Of a stretch of 64,000 nt of DNA, positions 1 to 15,121 are shown piece by piece. The DNA comes from Schmidtea polychroa (lineage: Eukaryota), in contig CM097885.1 in the NCBI GenBank assembly GCA_044892525.1, positions 53,446,001 to 53,510,000 of the forward strand. Reading direction: 5' to 3'. The notes beneath the pieces are model-generated. The model saw only the letters and a list, made by a program, of their open reading frames with translations, was not told where the DNA came from and ran no database searches. The stretch's first letter is position 1. The number at the start of each line of letters is the position of its first letter. The position numbers and the translations under genes were made by a program.

Positions 1-43
1 ATTTTCATGTATTTAATTTTTCATTCTTCGTCACTATATAACC

Positions 44-240
<197 letters not shown>

Positions 241-1935
241 AATACTTTTTTTCAAATGGCGCTGGACAAACCAGTAATCTTTTAACTCATTAATACCTTG
301 ATCATTTAGTATCCATTTTACGCTTTTGGAAATTTTCACATCTTTTACTTATTTGACTTTAGTATTGAGATTATTAACTCAAGAAATATAATTCTTTCTA
401 ATTTATTGTTAAATACATAACAAAATTTCTTTTGATATTTCAAGATAAACATGCTCCTACTCTCATTTAATAGCAAAATTTTACTTTTGATATTTTTAAT
501 AATATTTTTGTAGACTTTAAAATATGAAGTTATTGGACAACTAGATTTAATTATTTAATTACGATTTAATTACAAAAAATGATAAGAATTTTCGACTAAG
601 AAATAGTCTTCTTCAGTTTCGAGTAGATTTTTTTTTGATGAATTGAAATGTTTGTGAATAGATGCTGCTATCAGGAAATTATTGTTTTATATTATTTTCG
701 TATAGTTATTGTCTTTTTGTCATTTATTAAATAAATTCTCTATCAGTATTGAAGTAAACTTTTTTCCCTATTTCTCAATCCACACTCCTGTATGAATTGT
801 TCGATGAACATTAGATGAACGCGTTAGATATTTACTTCTTCAAATAGAATATGGTTTTGCTTGAAGCTAACCTTTTCTGCATTCAGATTCAATAACTAGA
901 CTAAAGAGATGACTAATTTAAATTTGAAATTATATTATGAAAATATTTTTATCGCGAGGGTGAAGAGCTTTATGGTTTGTTCTAAAATTTAATTACTCTT
1001 TTCTTTTTTCTTCCAACTGTGAATTTATTCTATCAAAGATGACATCGGTATCCAAAATAAAACTTTTATAAAAGTCTAGATATATTAAAATTGGTGTCAT
1101 ACAAAGTTTTTTTTCTTTGTTATTTCATCGCTTTTTCGCACTTTGCTAACCATACCAACTTGTTATTTTGACTGCACGAATTATTAATGCGATTCTAGTA
1201 TATGATGCTGACTCCTCGTGCGGTTTATAGCAAATATAAGAAAAACGAATACAATAGTTTGATTTAAATTTCAATTAATATCAAGCTTATCAATAACACT
1301 TTGATTTACAATCTGCATTTGTCTTTTAACTACAATACGTAGGTAGCTCAATGTATATATATCTGCCTAGATTTTACTAGAAAATATTCACTCTAATTCT
1401 TCTTACCTCTATATTTAGCCCCACTAAAATCAATGTTTTCTTTTAATAATTTCGTCCAAACTGGGAGTTATTTGATTTTTGCGCTAATTTTATATTTCGC
1501 ATACATAATCTTCATTAATTATATTTTCCATTAGCTGAAATTTTTACATAAAATTAAACTAATTTTATTTCAGCTTAGCAGGATAACATCTCGCTTTCAA
1601 GCTCTGAAATTCGGTTCTTAATTGGATCGTTTAATTGATTTCAATTAATTAATTAATTTTCATTTTTTGAATAACATTCTCTAAGGACTTTTATCATATA
1701 ATATTTATATAATATCAGTAATCTTGAAATGATGAAATTCAAAAGCGCTGTTCTATAGATTTCAAGGTTGAATGCCGTTTTGATTACCAAAAAAAGTAAA
1801 GCGAGTCTTAAAAACAATTAACAAAATGAATATGGGATAGAAAACTAAGAAATGGGAACAGCATTTCTTTTTCATTGATTTTCATTTACCAGTTTCACAC
1901 TGGTTGTATTTTACATTCTATAATGAAAAATTATA

Positions 1936-2648
1936 TAAGGTTGTCCCATAAGTTTCCCATAAGTTTCATATTAAGAAAAAAATAAACAATAATTTGTATT
2001 TCATAAAAATTTATTGAATAATATATGATCCATTCTGTTCTATTACCTTTCTCCATCTCTCCGAAAGCCTCATAATGCCTTCTTCCCAAAATTTCCAAGG
2101 TTTGTCGGCAAAATATTGATCAAGGTACATTTTTATATCATTTTTTGAATTAAAATTTTTACCACGTAAAGAATTTTTCAATGAAAGAATTTCTAACTTG
2201 TTAGCTATTTCGCGAACAGTATATCGCGGATTTTCTTCAACCATGGCTATGATTAGATCCGTGTTCGTAGTGGATGGGCGGCCGCAACGTTCTTCGTCTT
2301 CCAGATTAAAATTACTGGCTCTGAACCTCCTAAACCAACTGCGAACTGTCTGAACACTTGTAAAGTCATTCCCATAAACCATAAATATCTCATTTACTAT
2401 TACTAGCACAAAAACCTTTTTTAAAACAATGCAGCGTCACATGTCTTAAATGTTTTCTTTGATTTTCCATCGTTCAATAATAAAAAAGGGCTTTACTATT
2501 ATTTATTTGATTTACACTATTTGATAGCTAAAGGCTGACTGAATGCAATGATAATAACATTGAACTTAGAACATCACAGGTTCATACAGGTTCGTGCATG
2601 AAAATTTCTTTGTGCGCATTTGCGAAAGAGACTTATGCGACAACCTAA
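1936..2648 (-). mobile_element. Internally deleted mariner (Mos1-like) transposon
   Basis: TIRs TAAGGTTGTCCCATAAG / CTTATGCGACAACCTAA flanked by TA. Transposase remnant starts MENQRKHLRH at 2470 (frameshifted) and contains WFRRFR..LEDEERCGRP and the C-terminal GIMRLSERWRKVIEQNGSY; the catalytic core is missing. Confidence 0.9.
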
Positions 2649-3201
2649 TAAAATATAATTTATATAGAATAAATTCTTCGAAATTGGAAATTCTGTTAAT
2701 AATTCTCGGTAAAATTTCCAATATAAGAACTATATCAACGAGCAAATAGTCGTTGCGAATGTCGGAAAAAATATCAAACGATTAATGAATAATTTTAATT
2801 TCCTTTTTAGGTCAATTTTATTTCATAATTTCTTCAAAAAATAAATTAATTACTTTTGCGTTAATACATTACTTTTTTATTTTTAGTTAATAATTGCTTA
2901 GTAAGTCAATTTATTACTATTCTTTTCATGTCAAATGAGAATCGAATAATTTCAATAGTGAAACAAAAAGTTAACTCCACGAGTTTTAAATGAAAATCTT
3001 TTCAATCAATATAAATTAAGAGAAATAATAAAAATGAAAATTTATTGAAACAGAGAAAAAAATTATAATTAAGGAAATTCTTTGTTGTACGTAGATTAAT
3101 TTATGTTGAGAAAGTCACGTCAGACATCAATGCGACTTTGATAATTCAATCACAATTCGACAATAATCAGTAAGTCATTGGGTTAAACATTAATTGTTCT
3201 A

Positions 3202-3317
<116 letters not shown>

Positions 3318-3446
3318 AAATTAAAAAATCTGTAAATAATTCAATATTAATTAATTGGTAATCTAAACAAATTTATTTATTATTTTATTTAACTTTAACC
3401 TTTAAATATTCTATAAATTATAAAATTCAAAACTATTCTACCAATA

Positions 3447-4968
3447 CAGGGTTTTCCTAAATGTTTTATAATCTTTATCAAAATGTTTAATCATTAAATT
3501 AAATAATTTTGTCATAAGATCAAAATTTTATAAGACCAATATTTGAGTCACAAAAGATTATAGCTATCGTAATAAAAAACAAAATTCTTTAAAATGAAAA
3601 ATATAAAATAATATTTTTTTTAAATGTACAATTAAACTAAAAGTAGAGAAAACATTATTTATTATAAATAAACTATTCAACTTTATTTCATGCCATTTAG
3701 AGTAACAGCACAACTCATCACACGCTCAAAACGAGGAGTATTTAGTTTAATTTTACATTAAAAAAAATATTATTTTATATTTTTTGTTGAGGTCGGTAAA
3801 TAAAAATAAATTTAAATGAAATTTAGGTTAATAAGTGAAGAGAAAAGACAAATAAAATCGTGATCATGCACAGAATTGATAGTAAAGGAAAGTGTGATGG
3901 AAGCGGTATTAGAAAATGCCAAAAGCAATTGCAAAAGGCAAGAATCCGGAAATCCGAGAAAAATCAATAAATTGTAAAATCATCGAAATCGAATTGGGAA
4001 AATGGGACAGGTATAGATTAGCTAATGGTCAACAAGATGATGATTAGGGATTTATCAGAAAATGGTTAGGAAAGGTCGAAAAGCATTCAAATGTGTAAAA
4101 ACAGAAAACGTTGATTAATTAATTAATTGGCTAATAGAAAACCCGAGCTAGTGGGAAACCCGAGCCAATGGAGAACCCGAGATATGAAGGAAACCCGAGC
4201 TGGGTAAACAAGAAGAAAAGTAAACAGAAGGAAGATTTGGGCCCATTAGCTTGACACAATGATTAATTGGAAAAGAGCAAGGAGAAGATAGTGCGCGTAG
4301 AAAGGCCGGACGGGCCATTAATTATCTTTGTTCGTTGGACCATTATGGGTGACAGCCGAAGCAGATACGTGGAAGCAAATGTCAAGTGAAAGATTGGCTC
4401 GGCAATAACCATTTGCCATCCCGATTTCGAAGAGTATATAAGGAAGGGAAAAATCAGAGCAAATGGGCATTTTGCCTCAGCTAGGGTTAGAAGAAACCGA
4501 GTTAGGAATAGGTAAAAACGAATTAAGGAGATTAGGGAAAAGATATAGAATAGGAATACGAAAAGGTGAGAAGGAATCAAATCAAACAGAAAAAGAGGAA
4601 AATGTTGGTCAAGAGAATCTAAAGAAATAAAAGGTGAATATTATCTATTTACAAAGCATCAACGCCGTGCTGAGAATCGGTCAAACGTAACTTTGATTAT
4701 TGATTGTAAAGTGGTGAGAAAAGACTGTGAATTTTGTTATTTCAATATACGTTGGGTCGTTATTGTTTTGATTTAAAGGACACGAGGAGTCAGAGGTAAC
4801 CAACTTAAATTAAGCAAAAACCCAACATTTTTATTTTAAAAAATTATGTTTTTTATTACGATTGCTATAATCTTTTATGACCCAAATATTGGTCTTATAA
4901 AATTCTGATCTCATGACAAAATGATTAAACATTTTGATAAAGATGATGAAACATTTAGTAAAACCTTG
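3447..4968. mobile_element. Palindromic Tc1/mariner-type MITE interrupted by a solo LTR
   Basis: TA|CAGGGTTTTCCTAAATGTT... (3447-3650) is the reverse complement of 3735-3784 joined to 4828-4968 (...AAAACCTTG|TA). Confidence 0.75.
3785..4827. mobile_element. Solo LTR (~1.04 kb), probably gypsy-type
   Basis: Termini TGTTG...CCCAACA with T-run TSD on both sides, GAAACCCGAGC repeats and no coding domain; it splits one arm of the MITE. Confidence 0.75.
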
Positions 4969-7900
4969 TAACATATCCAAATGACATTTGTTTAAATTTA
5001 TCCAATATATAAAATTACAAACAATGTATATGTTATCATATTTTTTGTAACAAAAATTCTTTAATTCAAAACCATTGATGAATTTTTTTGCAAATTAATT
5101 TAAAAAGCAAAAACAAAAAGGCTTAGCCCTGCTTTATTATTGGTAGTAATGAATTGCTTATTTATAAATTAATGAAAAATTATTCACATTATAGTGAAAT
5201 GGTTTTGTTTGTTTTAATATATAGATTTCAGAATTGTAAATAATTTTAATATTTTTATTAACTAAATATTTTACAGTATATAATTTAATTGATAATCATA
5301 ACCTCATTGGTCACACTTAAAAGAAATGATTGTCGTACAATTCCGTTTAATGGATTTAAATCTAATTATAAGTACATTTTATAAAGATAATTAGACTTCA
5401 TGGTTTAGGGATCTGAAATCATGATTTCACTTAACAAGAATTTCAAGTGATTCGATAAATTTTTACTACGTTATGGCCTTGAAGTCGTGTTAAATAGCAA
5501 TTCAGAAACCAGGGTGTTACGTATTTGATTTAGAATGTTTTTGAAAACCGCGTCTGACATGCATATAGTTTTCGTCAAAGATCAGTCTTACTACAGCAGT
5601 AAAAAATTTATGAAAGTTAGATTTGGCAATTACTAGAAAAAGGTGTTGATAGTAATGAATTGAGTGGTTTCATTTAACAAGTGGCTTCTAAATAATTGAT
5701 CTATACTAGGTTAGGTATAGATCATGTTTTTATATGAATTTCGCTCGAGAAGTTAGAACTAAAAGTCAAGAAATATGTTTTGTCAAAGATGCGAAAATGT
5801 GGAATATAGCACTATATCAAAGTAAATTGCAAAACCAAAGTCAATATAGTAGAATTTAAACGAGTAAATATAAATAACTATACTTAAATCGCGAGAATCT
5901 AAGAGAGGTCTAAGTAATTTGAAACATGCATCAAAATTATGCATTTATATAATAAACCGTTTCAGATGGTTGAAAATGTTTAAATAATTAATTTCGCTTG
6001 TAAACTCAAATAAAAATCAAATTTAATCTTCTATTATGTTTTGTTTAGTTAAATTCGATAAAATTCAGTGGAATATTCTGCTAAATCGTAATTAGTGATT
6101 AAAATATTTACATTTAAAACTAAAATGAAAATGAAAATGTTGTCTGTCATTAGAATTTACTAACAAAGTTTATTCTGAAATAATATCTAATGATTTTCGT
6201 TATAAATATTAAAAAGATTAATAAAATTTGAAATTTTTCGTGATGATTTTTTTAAAAATATTTCTATTTATTTAATAACCTTGTGTTTATCCACTACAAG
6301 ATCTACTACTAAAACGAACTAAAACGACTTATTCAAGTAACATACCGAGGATAGTTTGGGATCTCTAAAACAAGTCTTAAAAATACTTAAATATTTGAAT
6401 CTCAGTACAAAATCCTAAAATAGTGATGTTTCAGACAGAAGTGGTTGACTATCAGAACAAATTATCTAAAATAGCCGATTCTCAAATTAAAAGGAGAATA
6501 AAGTTTAGTCACAGAAGAAGCCTAAAGTAGTCAGTTCTTAATGGAAGAGTCTAAAATGATCAGTTGTCACTAAAAATAGTAAATTTTCAGATCAAAAGTA
6601 AAAATTAAGAAAAATTCAAAGACAAATTAATTTGTTGGGTTTTATTAATAGATGTTCCGGTAGAATTAGATTTCTTGACTTCGCACATCACTTTGATTAA
6701 ACAACATCCGACAAATAATGAAGTTTATTTTCTTTTATATAACCAATTCGATGAACAAATAACTATCCACACTTATAAATGAATTGAGTAAGCTTAACAA
6801 GGGTAAACTTTTCAGATGACACACTTTCGAATGGTTGATGTTTCTATAATTTCTCTGACGTCTCTATATTTTCTCTCAAATTTTTGGCTTCTCAATATCT
6901 TCAGTCTATGGTTGAATCTACTTTTTTACCATTTGGTGACTAAATACTCAAGCAGCGCTTTCCGAAAACTATAATTATTAATTTAATAGCAAAAATAGTT
7001 GTTCGGGATAATCACCAAACATTTTCTCGAATAATTAATTAATTAGTCAATTAGCTTACATTTTTGTAATAACTACCTGGAAACCATCATCAAATTTTAA
7101 TTATTATTTTAGTCTTTAACTTTTTATCTGATACCTGCTTATATTTTTTCTCTCAGAAAATATTAATTTTGACTTTAATTACTTTTTAATTAACTTTACT
7201 TTTAATTTAAATATTTGAGTTTTAACTGCTTTACATTTGAAATTTTTGCATCTCTAAATTTATTTGTGTAATGAGTATTTGGGTAGGACTTATTAAATTA
7301 TGACTTATACTTTTTTTCAAAAATTCGATTATTTATTTTTATAATTATTATTATTTATTGATTGAATGTCAATCTGAAACTCACACTATAAGTCTTATTG
7401 ATCCAGAAAAATTACTTTGATTTTTATCGTGAAAAATATTTTGAGTTTTTTCATTGAAAATTTTAAGTTTTTTAAAAATGACCTGAAAATTTTTATTAAA
7501 AAATTTTTTTAGTGTTTTAGTGTGAAATATTATTATTTTCATTGAAAATTTGTTTTTAGGCTTTTTATTCGTAGAAAAATAATTAGGTATTTTCATTGAA
7601 GAAAAATCTTTAGGTTTCTATAGCGAGAAATTATCTTTTGGCTTTTTATTCAAGGAAAAATATTTAGACATGTTCATTGAAAATTTATTTTTTAAGCATT
7701 TTTCGAAGAAAATATTTAGTCTTTTATGTTTTTTTATTGCGATAAATTAGTTAGATATAACTTGTTTTAAACACCCCACCCTCCATCCTCTTTCATTTAC
7801 ATAGAAAACATGAACATTAATTATTATAATTATTGATACTTTTATAATTTTTCTTGATTATCAAAAGTTTTTAAACTAGGAAGCAATGAAAATCGCATTT

Positions 7901-8028
7901 CTTGAAAACTAACTATTTCGTATTAGTAGTATAATAAAATTATGCATCTAAAAGTAGCTTTTCGGATACCCTGTCTATTGAAACAAATTTCAATTTACTA
8001 GAATTGAAATAATTCCTTATTAATAGGC

Positions 8029-9585
8029 AGTAGATATATAGGGGTCCGCTAGATCACATATAACATATACCAATTCTAATCATATAATTTATTTTTAAAT
8101 AAAGTTTTTACATGTGAATAAAATATTTTAAAGACACGTTAGCTGTATAAAAAATAACACTTTATCATACAAAATATACGTGTAACACATAAAAACACGA
8201 ATCAAGCCATTAAATTTTAACTATACATTATGTAAATATAAACTTGAAAAGTTACTTTAATCATGTGAAAAATACAAATTTATCTTTAAAAATGTGTGTA
8301 TTACACACTAAATAAGATAAATAATTTTTAATAAAGCTATTTTATAGAAAATTTAATATTATCATATAATATAGGAATAAAATCCCAAGAAAATAACGTT
8401 AACTGTATGAAAAATACAAATATATTGTAAAAACATGTGTTTATTAAACACAAAGCGACAAACTGAAATTGTAATTGGGCCATTTTGTAGAGAATTAAAT
8501 TCTGCTTATACATGGTTACACTTAAATCCCGATCGGACCTGTGAGGGACAAAAAGAGATAAAAACAGTAGAGTAGATGGATTGGACACCGCAAAACCAAG
8601 GGCTCCGCTAAACCCTATCCCGTTTATAAAATAATAATAATATCTATATCTCATCAGAAAGATCTTGCACTGTGCTTTAAAATGAGATATCTTTTAATAA
8701 AATCGGTTGATAATATCCCTAACGTTCTGCATGACCAAAAGTAGGGCTCCGCTAGCACAAAGACATTATTTTGAAAATATAATAATAAAAATACCTTTAA
8801 AATGATGATGGTTATAAATTGTTAATATCTTTACCAATAATCATGATAATAATGATATCTATATATCATTAAAAAGATCTTGCACTGTGCTTTAAAATGA
8901 GATATCTTTTAATAAAATCGGTTGATAAGAACCCTAACGTTTTGCATGACCAAAAGTAGGGCTCCGCTAGCACAAACACATTATTTTAGAAAATATTAAT
9001 ATTTAACTATGAGTCATTGTCCTTGTGCTAGAGGAGCCATGTTTTTTTGATGAGTCATTGACTTTGTTCTACAAAAAATTATGAGCATCGGATGACTCAT
9101 TGTCTTTGTTCTACAAAATATTTATTTAAAAAAAATTTACGGAAGGGGGAGGGGGTATGTCTTTGTGCTAGCAGAGCCCTGCTTTAGTGGTGCCCAATCC
9201 ATCTACTCTACTGTTTTTTCTGTTTTTTGTCCCTTTTCACAGGTCCAATCAGGATTTAAGTGTAACCATTTATAAGCAGAATTTAATTCTCTACGAAATG
9301 GCGCAATTACAATTTCAGTTTATCGCTTTGTGTGTAATACACACATGTTTTTACAATAAATTTGTATTTTTCATACAGTTAACGTTATTTTCTTGGGATT
9401 TTATTCATATAATATGTAGATAAAATTTAATTTTCTATAAAATGGATTGATTAGAAAAAATCATTAAAAAAATGACTTACCTTAAAATATTTGACCTTGA
9501 AAAGAATTTTTAAAAAATTTCCTTTTTGGGGGGGGGGTATGTGATCCAGCGGAGTCTTGATCCAGTGGTGCCCTATCTATCTACT
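8029..9585. mobile_element. Non-autonomous Polinton-derived element (MITE-like)
   Basis: Termini AGTAGAT...ATCTACT resemble the Polinton ends at 29066/47757. Flanks ATAGGC/ATAGCC (5/6 TSD match). Internal inverted arms ~8338-8610 vs ~9170-9444, a direct repeat ~8657-8780 vs ~8872-8995, and TGAGTCA motifs at 9009-9100. Confidence 0.75.
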
Positions 9586-12354
9586 ATAGCCTTCAATTAT
9601 TAAAGTAAAAAATACGAAATTTAGTAGATGAAATATTGCGCAAAATGTATTGTAAAAGGGTAGATAAAGATTAAAGAAAATCGTCAAGCGATATGATTGC
9701 TTTCTTTCATAAAATAACTCTTCATCAATCAGAGCGCTATTTTCACCAGAAGAATAAGTAAATTAGATTATTGAAAAAAATTATGAATTTAATGAAAAAC
9801 CGCAATCAAAGTGCTTATTTTCAAAATTTTCTCAGAAACTCGAGTATAAAAATGAATTAGTCTCACATTTAAAATTTAGAAAATCATAAATTATAATAAA
9901 AAAATTTATATTTACCTGTAATATTTGTTTTTAAATAAACAATAACAATAAGAATAACTATAAAAATAACTATAATAATACCAATAAATGTTTTCTTACT
10001 GTCAGTGGCGTGTTGTGAAATTTGGAGCTCTTGTATGAAGAATTATATGGCGCCTTAAAAATGTTTTCTGATTTTTTATTTACAAAAATAATAAACATTC
10101 ATTTTAAAAGAAAAATTTAATTCAATAACAAAAATTTGAAAAAAGTCAAAAAAATTGAAAATTTGGATTTTTTAACATATTAATTTAAAGAAAAAGTATT
10201 TATTTATTATACTCACGACACACCCCATTCTGCCGGATCCCCTGTGTTGTGTACAGTTAGCACAATTAATAAGACGGCTCAACATACTGTGTAACATAAA
10301 TTGCTTTATGTTCGTAATGAAAATAAATGATATTTTGAAAGAAAAGAAAAAATGATCAAAGGTGAGCAAAACAATAAAGAACTTTACTAATAACCCATAA
10401 GTAACTAGCTTTCCAAAACAAATATAAAAATATACCTTATTAACTTATTGCTAATAAAGTTTCAAATATACATCCAGTAAAAAATCTAACTAAAACTTTC
10501 AAATCTTTTTTTATTATTAAAAAAATTAAAGTATTATTTGAAAGCGATGAAAAAAATTCATGACTAATTATTTAATATAGTATACATTAATATACATTAA
10601 GACATAGGCCGAATTATTACATGTGGTACATCTGTTTTGGTAGAGGGAAAGGGGCATCCTTTGATAAAGAATATCGACATTTTTACGAAAGTTAAGGATG
10701 TTTCTATTAAAAATATTATTTTAATGGATATTTAAATATTCTAATACAAAATAAACATGATTAAATAGGAATCATATTAAAATATTAAGATCTAATGCTT
10801 TACAAACATCTTAAATGAAATCACCTTTTTATAAACCGTTAATTTTTTAAAATTCTGTTTTATTACTTCTAAGGTCATTATATGCATGTTTATACCCATC
10901 TTAAATTATATATAATTAATTTATATTTAACACTGATTACAAAAATACTTAATAAGATATTTGAAACAGGGTCAACATCTTCTATTTAATTTTTATCTAT
11001 GTCCAGCTCAGCACGGCCCTGACAATAATATCTTAATTGTGTGAATTATATTGTTAATTTCCTATTCTGTAAACTAACAATTTTGAACTGTCAAATTTGC
11101 ATTAATATTCATTAATATTAATATGCATCAAATTAATATTTAGATCTTGATTTTCCATACCTAACAATATTAATTTAATAATTTATTCAAATACTTTTTT
11201 AATTTTAAATTGCAAATATCATAAAAATTGCTCAAATTTGTGACACAACCCGAAACAGTCATTCATTAAAATCTGCCATGATTTAATAAGTAAATGAATC
11301 TCCTTTATTTTATTAACTATAACCATTTTAAATAGTAAATCTTCATTTTGACCAAACGGTACTTTATTAGAAAGTTTATTAAAAATTTTAATATTAAATA
11401 ATTTTTTAATATTATTTGTAAAATGAATTTTTTCTTAAATTTTTTTCAAAATTCGTATAAGTGAAACTTTTCTAGAAACTTTATTAATTATTATTTTTAT
11501 ATATATTTTTATATCATTCATATTTTTTTATTTATATTTTGAAATTTATTAATATAATTTTTTATATATAATATTATTATTTGTAACATATTAAAAAATA
11601 ATATTTAAACGCGTTAAAATATGCTAGTTACTAATTTGAATATAAAACAAACAATACATTAAAAATTAGTTTTTAAAAAAAAATAGTTCCATAACAAAAA
11701 GTGAAAATTTTCATTATCACAATAGTCAAACCGATTTTCAAACGAGTCTGTTAATTAAAACAACTGCTCTTTCGTTTTAATTCTCGAGTTTTAATCTGTC
11801 AAAATCAGAAGTCATATCCAAATGTTGATCTTTTTTTCAGTTGAATTTATTATCACATATTCATTCAATTGTGTAAAAATGAGAAATTGAGGAATTTTTA
11901 CATCTATCCAAAACTACTTCAAAGACACTTTGATTTTTTTATATTAATAAAAATTCTGAAATATTTCGAAAAAATTATTGAATTCTCAAATGACTTTCAT
12001 CAATTATTTTAAAAGATTTTTATCAATTTATTTAGTAAAGCTTTATTGTAATATTTTTATATTTCTATATCATACTTAAACCTTTTAATTTAATATACAA
12101 AGTACCTTTTAATCAACAAAACACAATGGACACTGCACTTAATGCATATGAATGTATTCATTAAAAACAAATAAAAGCATTTATTACATTAAAATTTAAT
12201 GATTAAATAGAATGAAAGTAAGGACAAATAAATAAATTTAAATTTGGTGCTACAAATAGACGCTCAAACATAATTGTATTTTATTTATATTCGTGCCCAA
12301 TAACAAATCGAATGTTATATTCAACTTTCAAATTTTTTTTCGCTCAAAATTACA

Positions 12355-12586
12355 GGCTTGGATTTGACAGACGAGTGGTTATTGCATGGACAGCGGTATG
12401 TGAGATTGTCCAGGGCGAAATATCCATCAACATAATTCATCATATCCGATGATCAAGAAGAAACTAAAATATTGTGTATGGTCAAATATTAAAATATAGA
12501 TGTAATAACAGGATGAATAAAATTAATTATAACGAATAAAGAATGAATTTGAATCTATATCGGGCGAAGCCGAGTAATAATGCTAG
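12355..12586 (+). mobile_element. Helitron 3' end fragment
   Basis: Reads GLDLTDEWLLHGQRYVRLSR (decayed PIF1-helicase HGQLYVAxSR motif), then the subterminal hairpin CGGGCGAAGCCG and a terminal CTAG|T. Confidence 0.75.
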
Positions 12587-12899
12587 TGTGTTAAGTTCGT
12601 ATGTGGATTTGTTAGAAGATGGAAGAACGTTAAAAACTTTGAAGCTCAAATACTACATAATAGGAACAAATAGATACAGAGTGAATGTACATGTGGACAA
12701 TGGTCAATGATGATGATATCTATGCGATGAAAAGAATAGACATTATTGTGAAAACTTATTATTAACAATTTGATGTGATCTGTTTATGCAAGTATATTGA
12801 TTTATTGGTTCTTTGTGATATTATAATAAAATAAACCCCATACGAATAAATTTATCTTGTTTGTTGATAATATTATAAATTGTCTATTTTTATTGTTTG

Positions 12900-12959
12900 T
12901 TAATGTTATTATCATCATTTTTGTTATTATCATTATTATTATTATTGTTATTATTATTG

Positions 12960-13020
<61 letters not shown>

Positions 13021-13025
13021 CATTA

Positions 13026-13084
<59 letters not shown>

Positions 13085-13089
13085 ATTAC

Positions 13090-13159
<70 letters not shown>

Positions 13160-13190
13160 GTTACTATTATTGCTATTAATGTTACTATTG
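12900..13190. repeat. (ATT)n microsatellite
   Basis: Long ATT run; similar runs at ~15990-16225, 32520-32710, 39055-39225, 40735-41010, 45600-45717, 48104-48225 and 48812-49013. Confidence 0.97.
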
Positions 13191-14908
13191 TTAACCACTA
13201 TTATAATTGGACAACAATTTATTATTTTAAATATATCTAAATATTTCATTAAAATATCTATGATCAAAAAATGTTTATAATCAGTTGAATGAAATATCTA
13301 AAAATAGCTATAATAAGTTTATTTCAATTGAAATAAAAATAGTAGTCAATATCGATTTTAGAACTTAAAATTTATAACATTTCCATTTAAACACAAAAAA
13401 TATGTAACAACAAACAAAAATTGTAAGGAAAATCAACTGAATAAAATTTTTTCCAAATATAGACTTTGAAATGTATTATTTATTATGACATAATTTAAAT
13501 CTTATTTCTTATGTATGTGTATGCGTGGAATTCTGTTGAAAAAGCGACAAAAAGATTATATCAAATTTTATTATATCAAAAGATCAGTGACAAACAAAAA
13601 TACATTAAAGATGCTGGATAAAGGCATAATCCCAAAAATAGTAACAATTAAAATGTGCACTTTTATAAACAGAAATTTATTAACTTTAACAAAGAACAAA
13701 ATATTTAAATTAATTAATTTTAATTTTAATTCAATTTTTGAATTCGATTGTAGGCACGGGAGAGAACAACTGTGGTTGTTTAATGTCAATAATCTAGACA
13801 CATAATTTAACCAATTGTTTGTTTTTAATTGCACCGGGTGCAGGATTGTTTATTTGGTTTTTTTTATTATAATAAGTGTCCGTTATTTTTAAAACAGAAA
13901 TTTTGTTTTAACAGAAGAGTGTATTGACATTCAAAATGGAGTGTCAACAGGGATTTCATATATGAGTCGAGTGATTTCTCAGTCAAATCACCCAAAAAAT
14001 AAGAGCTTCTAAGAAGAGTTACAAATTCAGAAATTGATATTGCAATATAATTTAGAGAATATCTATTTTACACATCCGAGCTCAGGAAGCTGTAAGCATT
14101 TACATACACATACACACGCATATATATACAATACAAATTGAAATATATTTGAGGTGATTGTTAATTTTATATTTTTAACTTTATTTGTAATTGTGATAAT
14201 TTAATAAATTTATTGAACCAGTGTTTGTGTTCTTATTTATATAGGAACCATCAAGTTGAGATTTGAGAACCTCAACAGATTATAGGAGTAACACGCTCAC
14301 TCGATCTGACTCCATGAAATATGTGTTTAATAAATCAGAACAACAACATGACTTTTATAAATATAACTATTTATTTATATAAATATAATACAAAATATGA
14401 ATTTAATACAAAATTCAAAATGATAAAATATGTTTCCCAAAAAATTACCGCAAATACGCAGAAGCTAGAGATAGGTTATACCAATCGTCCTAAGATATTA
14501 CTAATACGGCGAATGCAGGATCCTAATTGATCAAGAATGCAAAGTAAAAGACGAGGTTGCCCGAAATTTACCGCGATCGATTACTACCCAGAAATTGGTA
14601 GTAACGTTATCATAGAATACTTACTCTTTGTTATTAAAGCAAAATCCAAACAAAGCAGTTTCCCTAGAAAACTCATGCTTTTAATGTATTTAACTGGCGC
14701 CTTGTTTAAACTGTTACAACTGATCTATCAAAATAAAATGATGAACAGTTTCTGTTTTTCGCAAACGGCTACTGTAGAAATAACTTTAATTTGTATAGGC
14801 AAAATAACGATCAAACCTTAATTACCTTTTATTATTTTATTACCTTTTATTATACAATTTTTCAATTAAATTTCGATCAGAAGTTTTCTTTATGACTATA
14901 AATAAATA

Positions 14909-15121
14909 CTCCCTCTGTCCAAAAATGATAGTCCAGTTTAACTTTCAGTGATATTTAAAATGCAGTTTTGTTATTTGTTCAATCAATAAAATAAAATTAT
15001 TTAATGGGTTTTTACTATAAAAGGTTTTACAAAACCTTTCAATTTTTTATATTCTCTATTGACAATCATTTTAGGAAAAAGGCTAAAATGCAACTGCACT
15101 ATCATTTTTGGACAAAGGGAG
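14909..15121. mobile_element. Stowaway-like Tc1/mariner MITE
   Basis: TA|CTCCCTCTGTCCAAAAATGATAGT ... ACTATCATTTTTGGACAAAGGGAG|TA. Confidence 0.85.

Noticed and set aside
8337..9423. Paired similar ORFs 8337-8654 (-) and 9187-9423 (+)
   Set aside because: Products of the inverted-repeat arms of the Polinton-derived MITE.
12802..13280. Poly-I/L/N ORFs (also near 15.9, 29.9-30.2, 40.6, 45.6, 46.6 and 48.7 kb)
   Set aside because: Stop-free frames of (AAT)n repeats.
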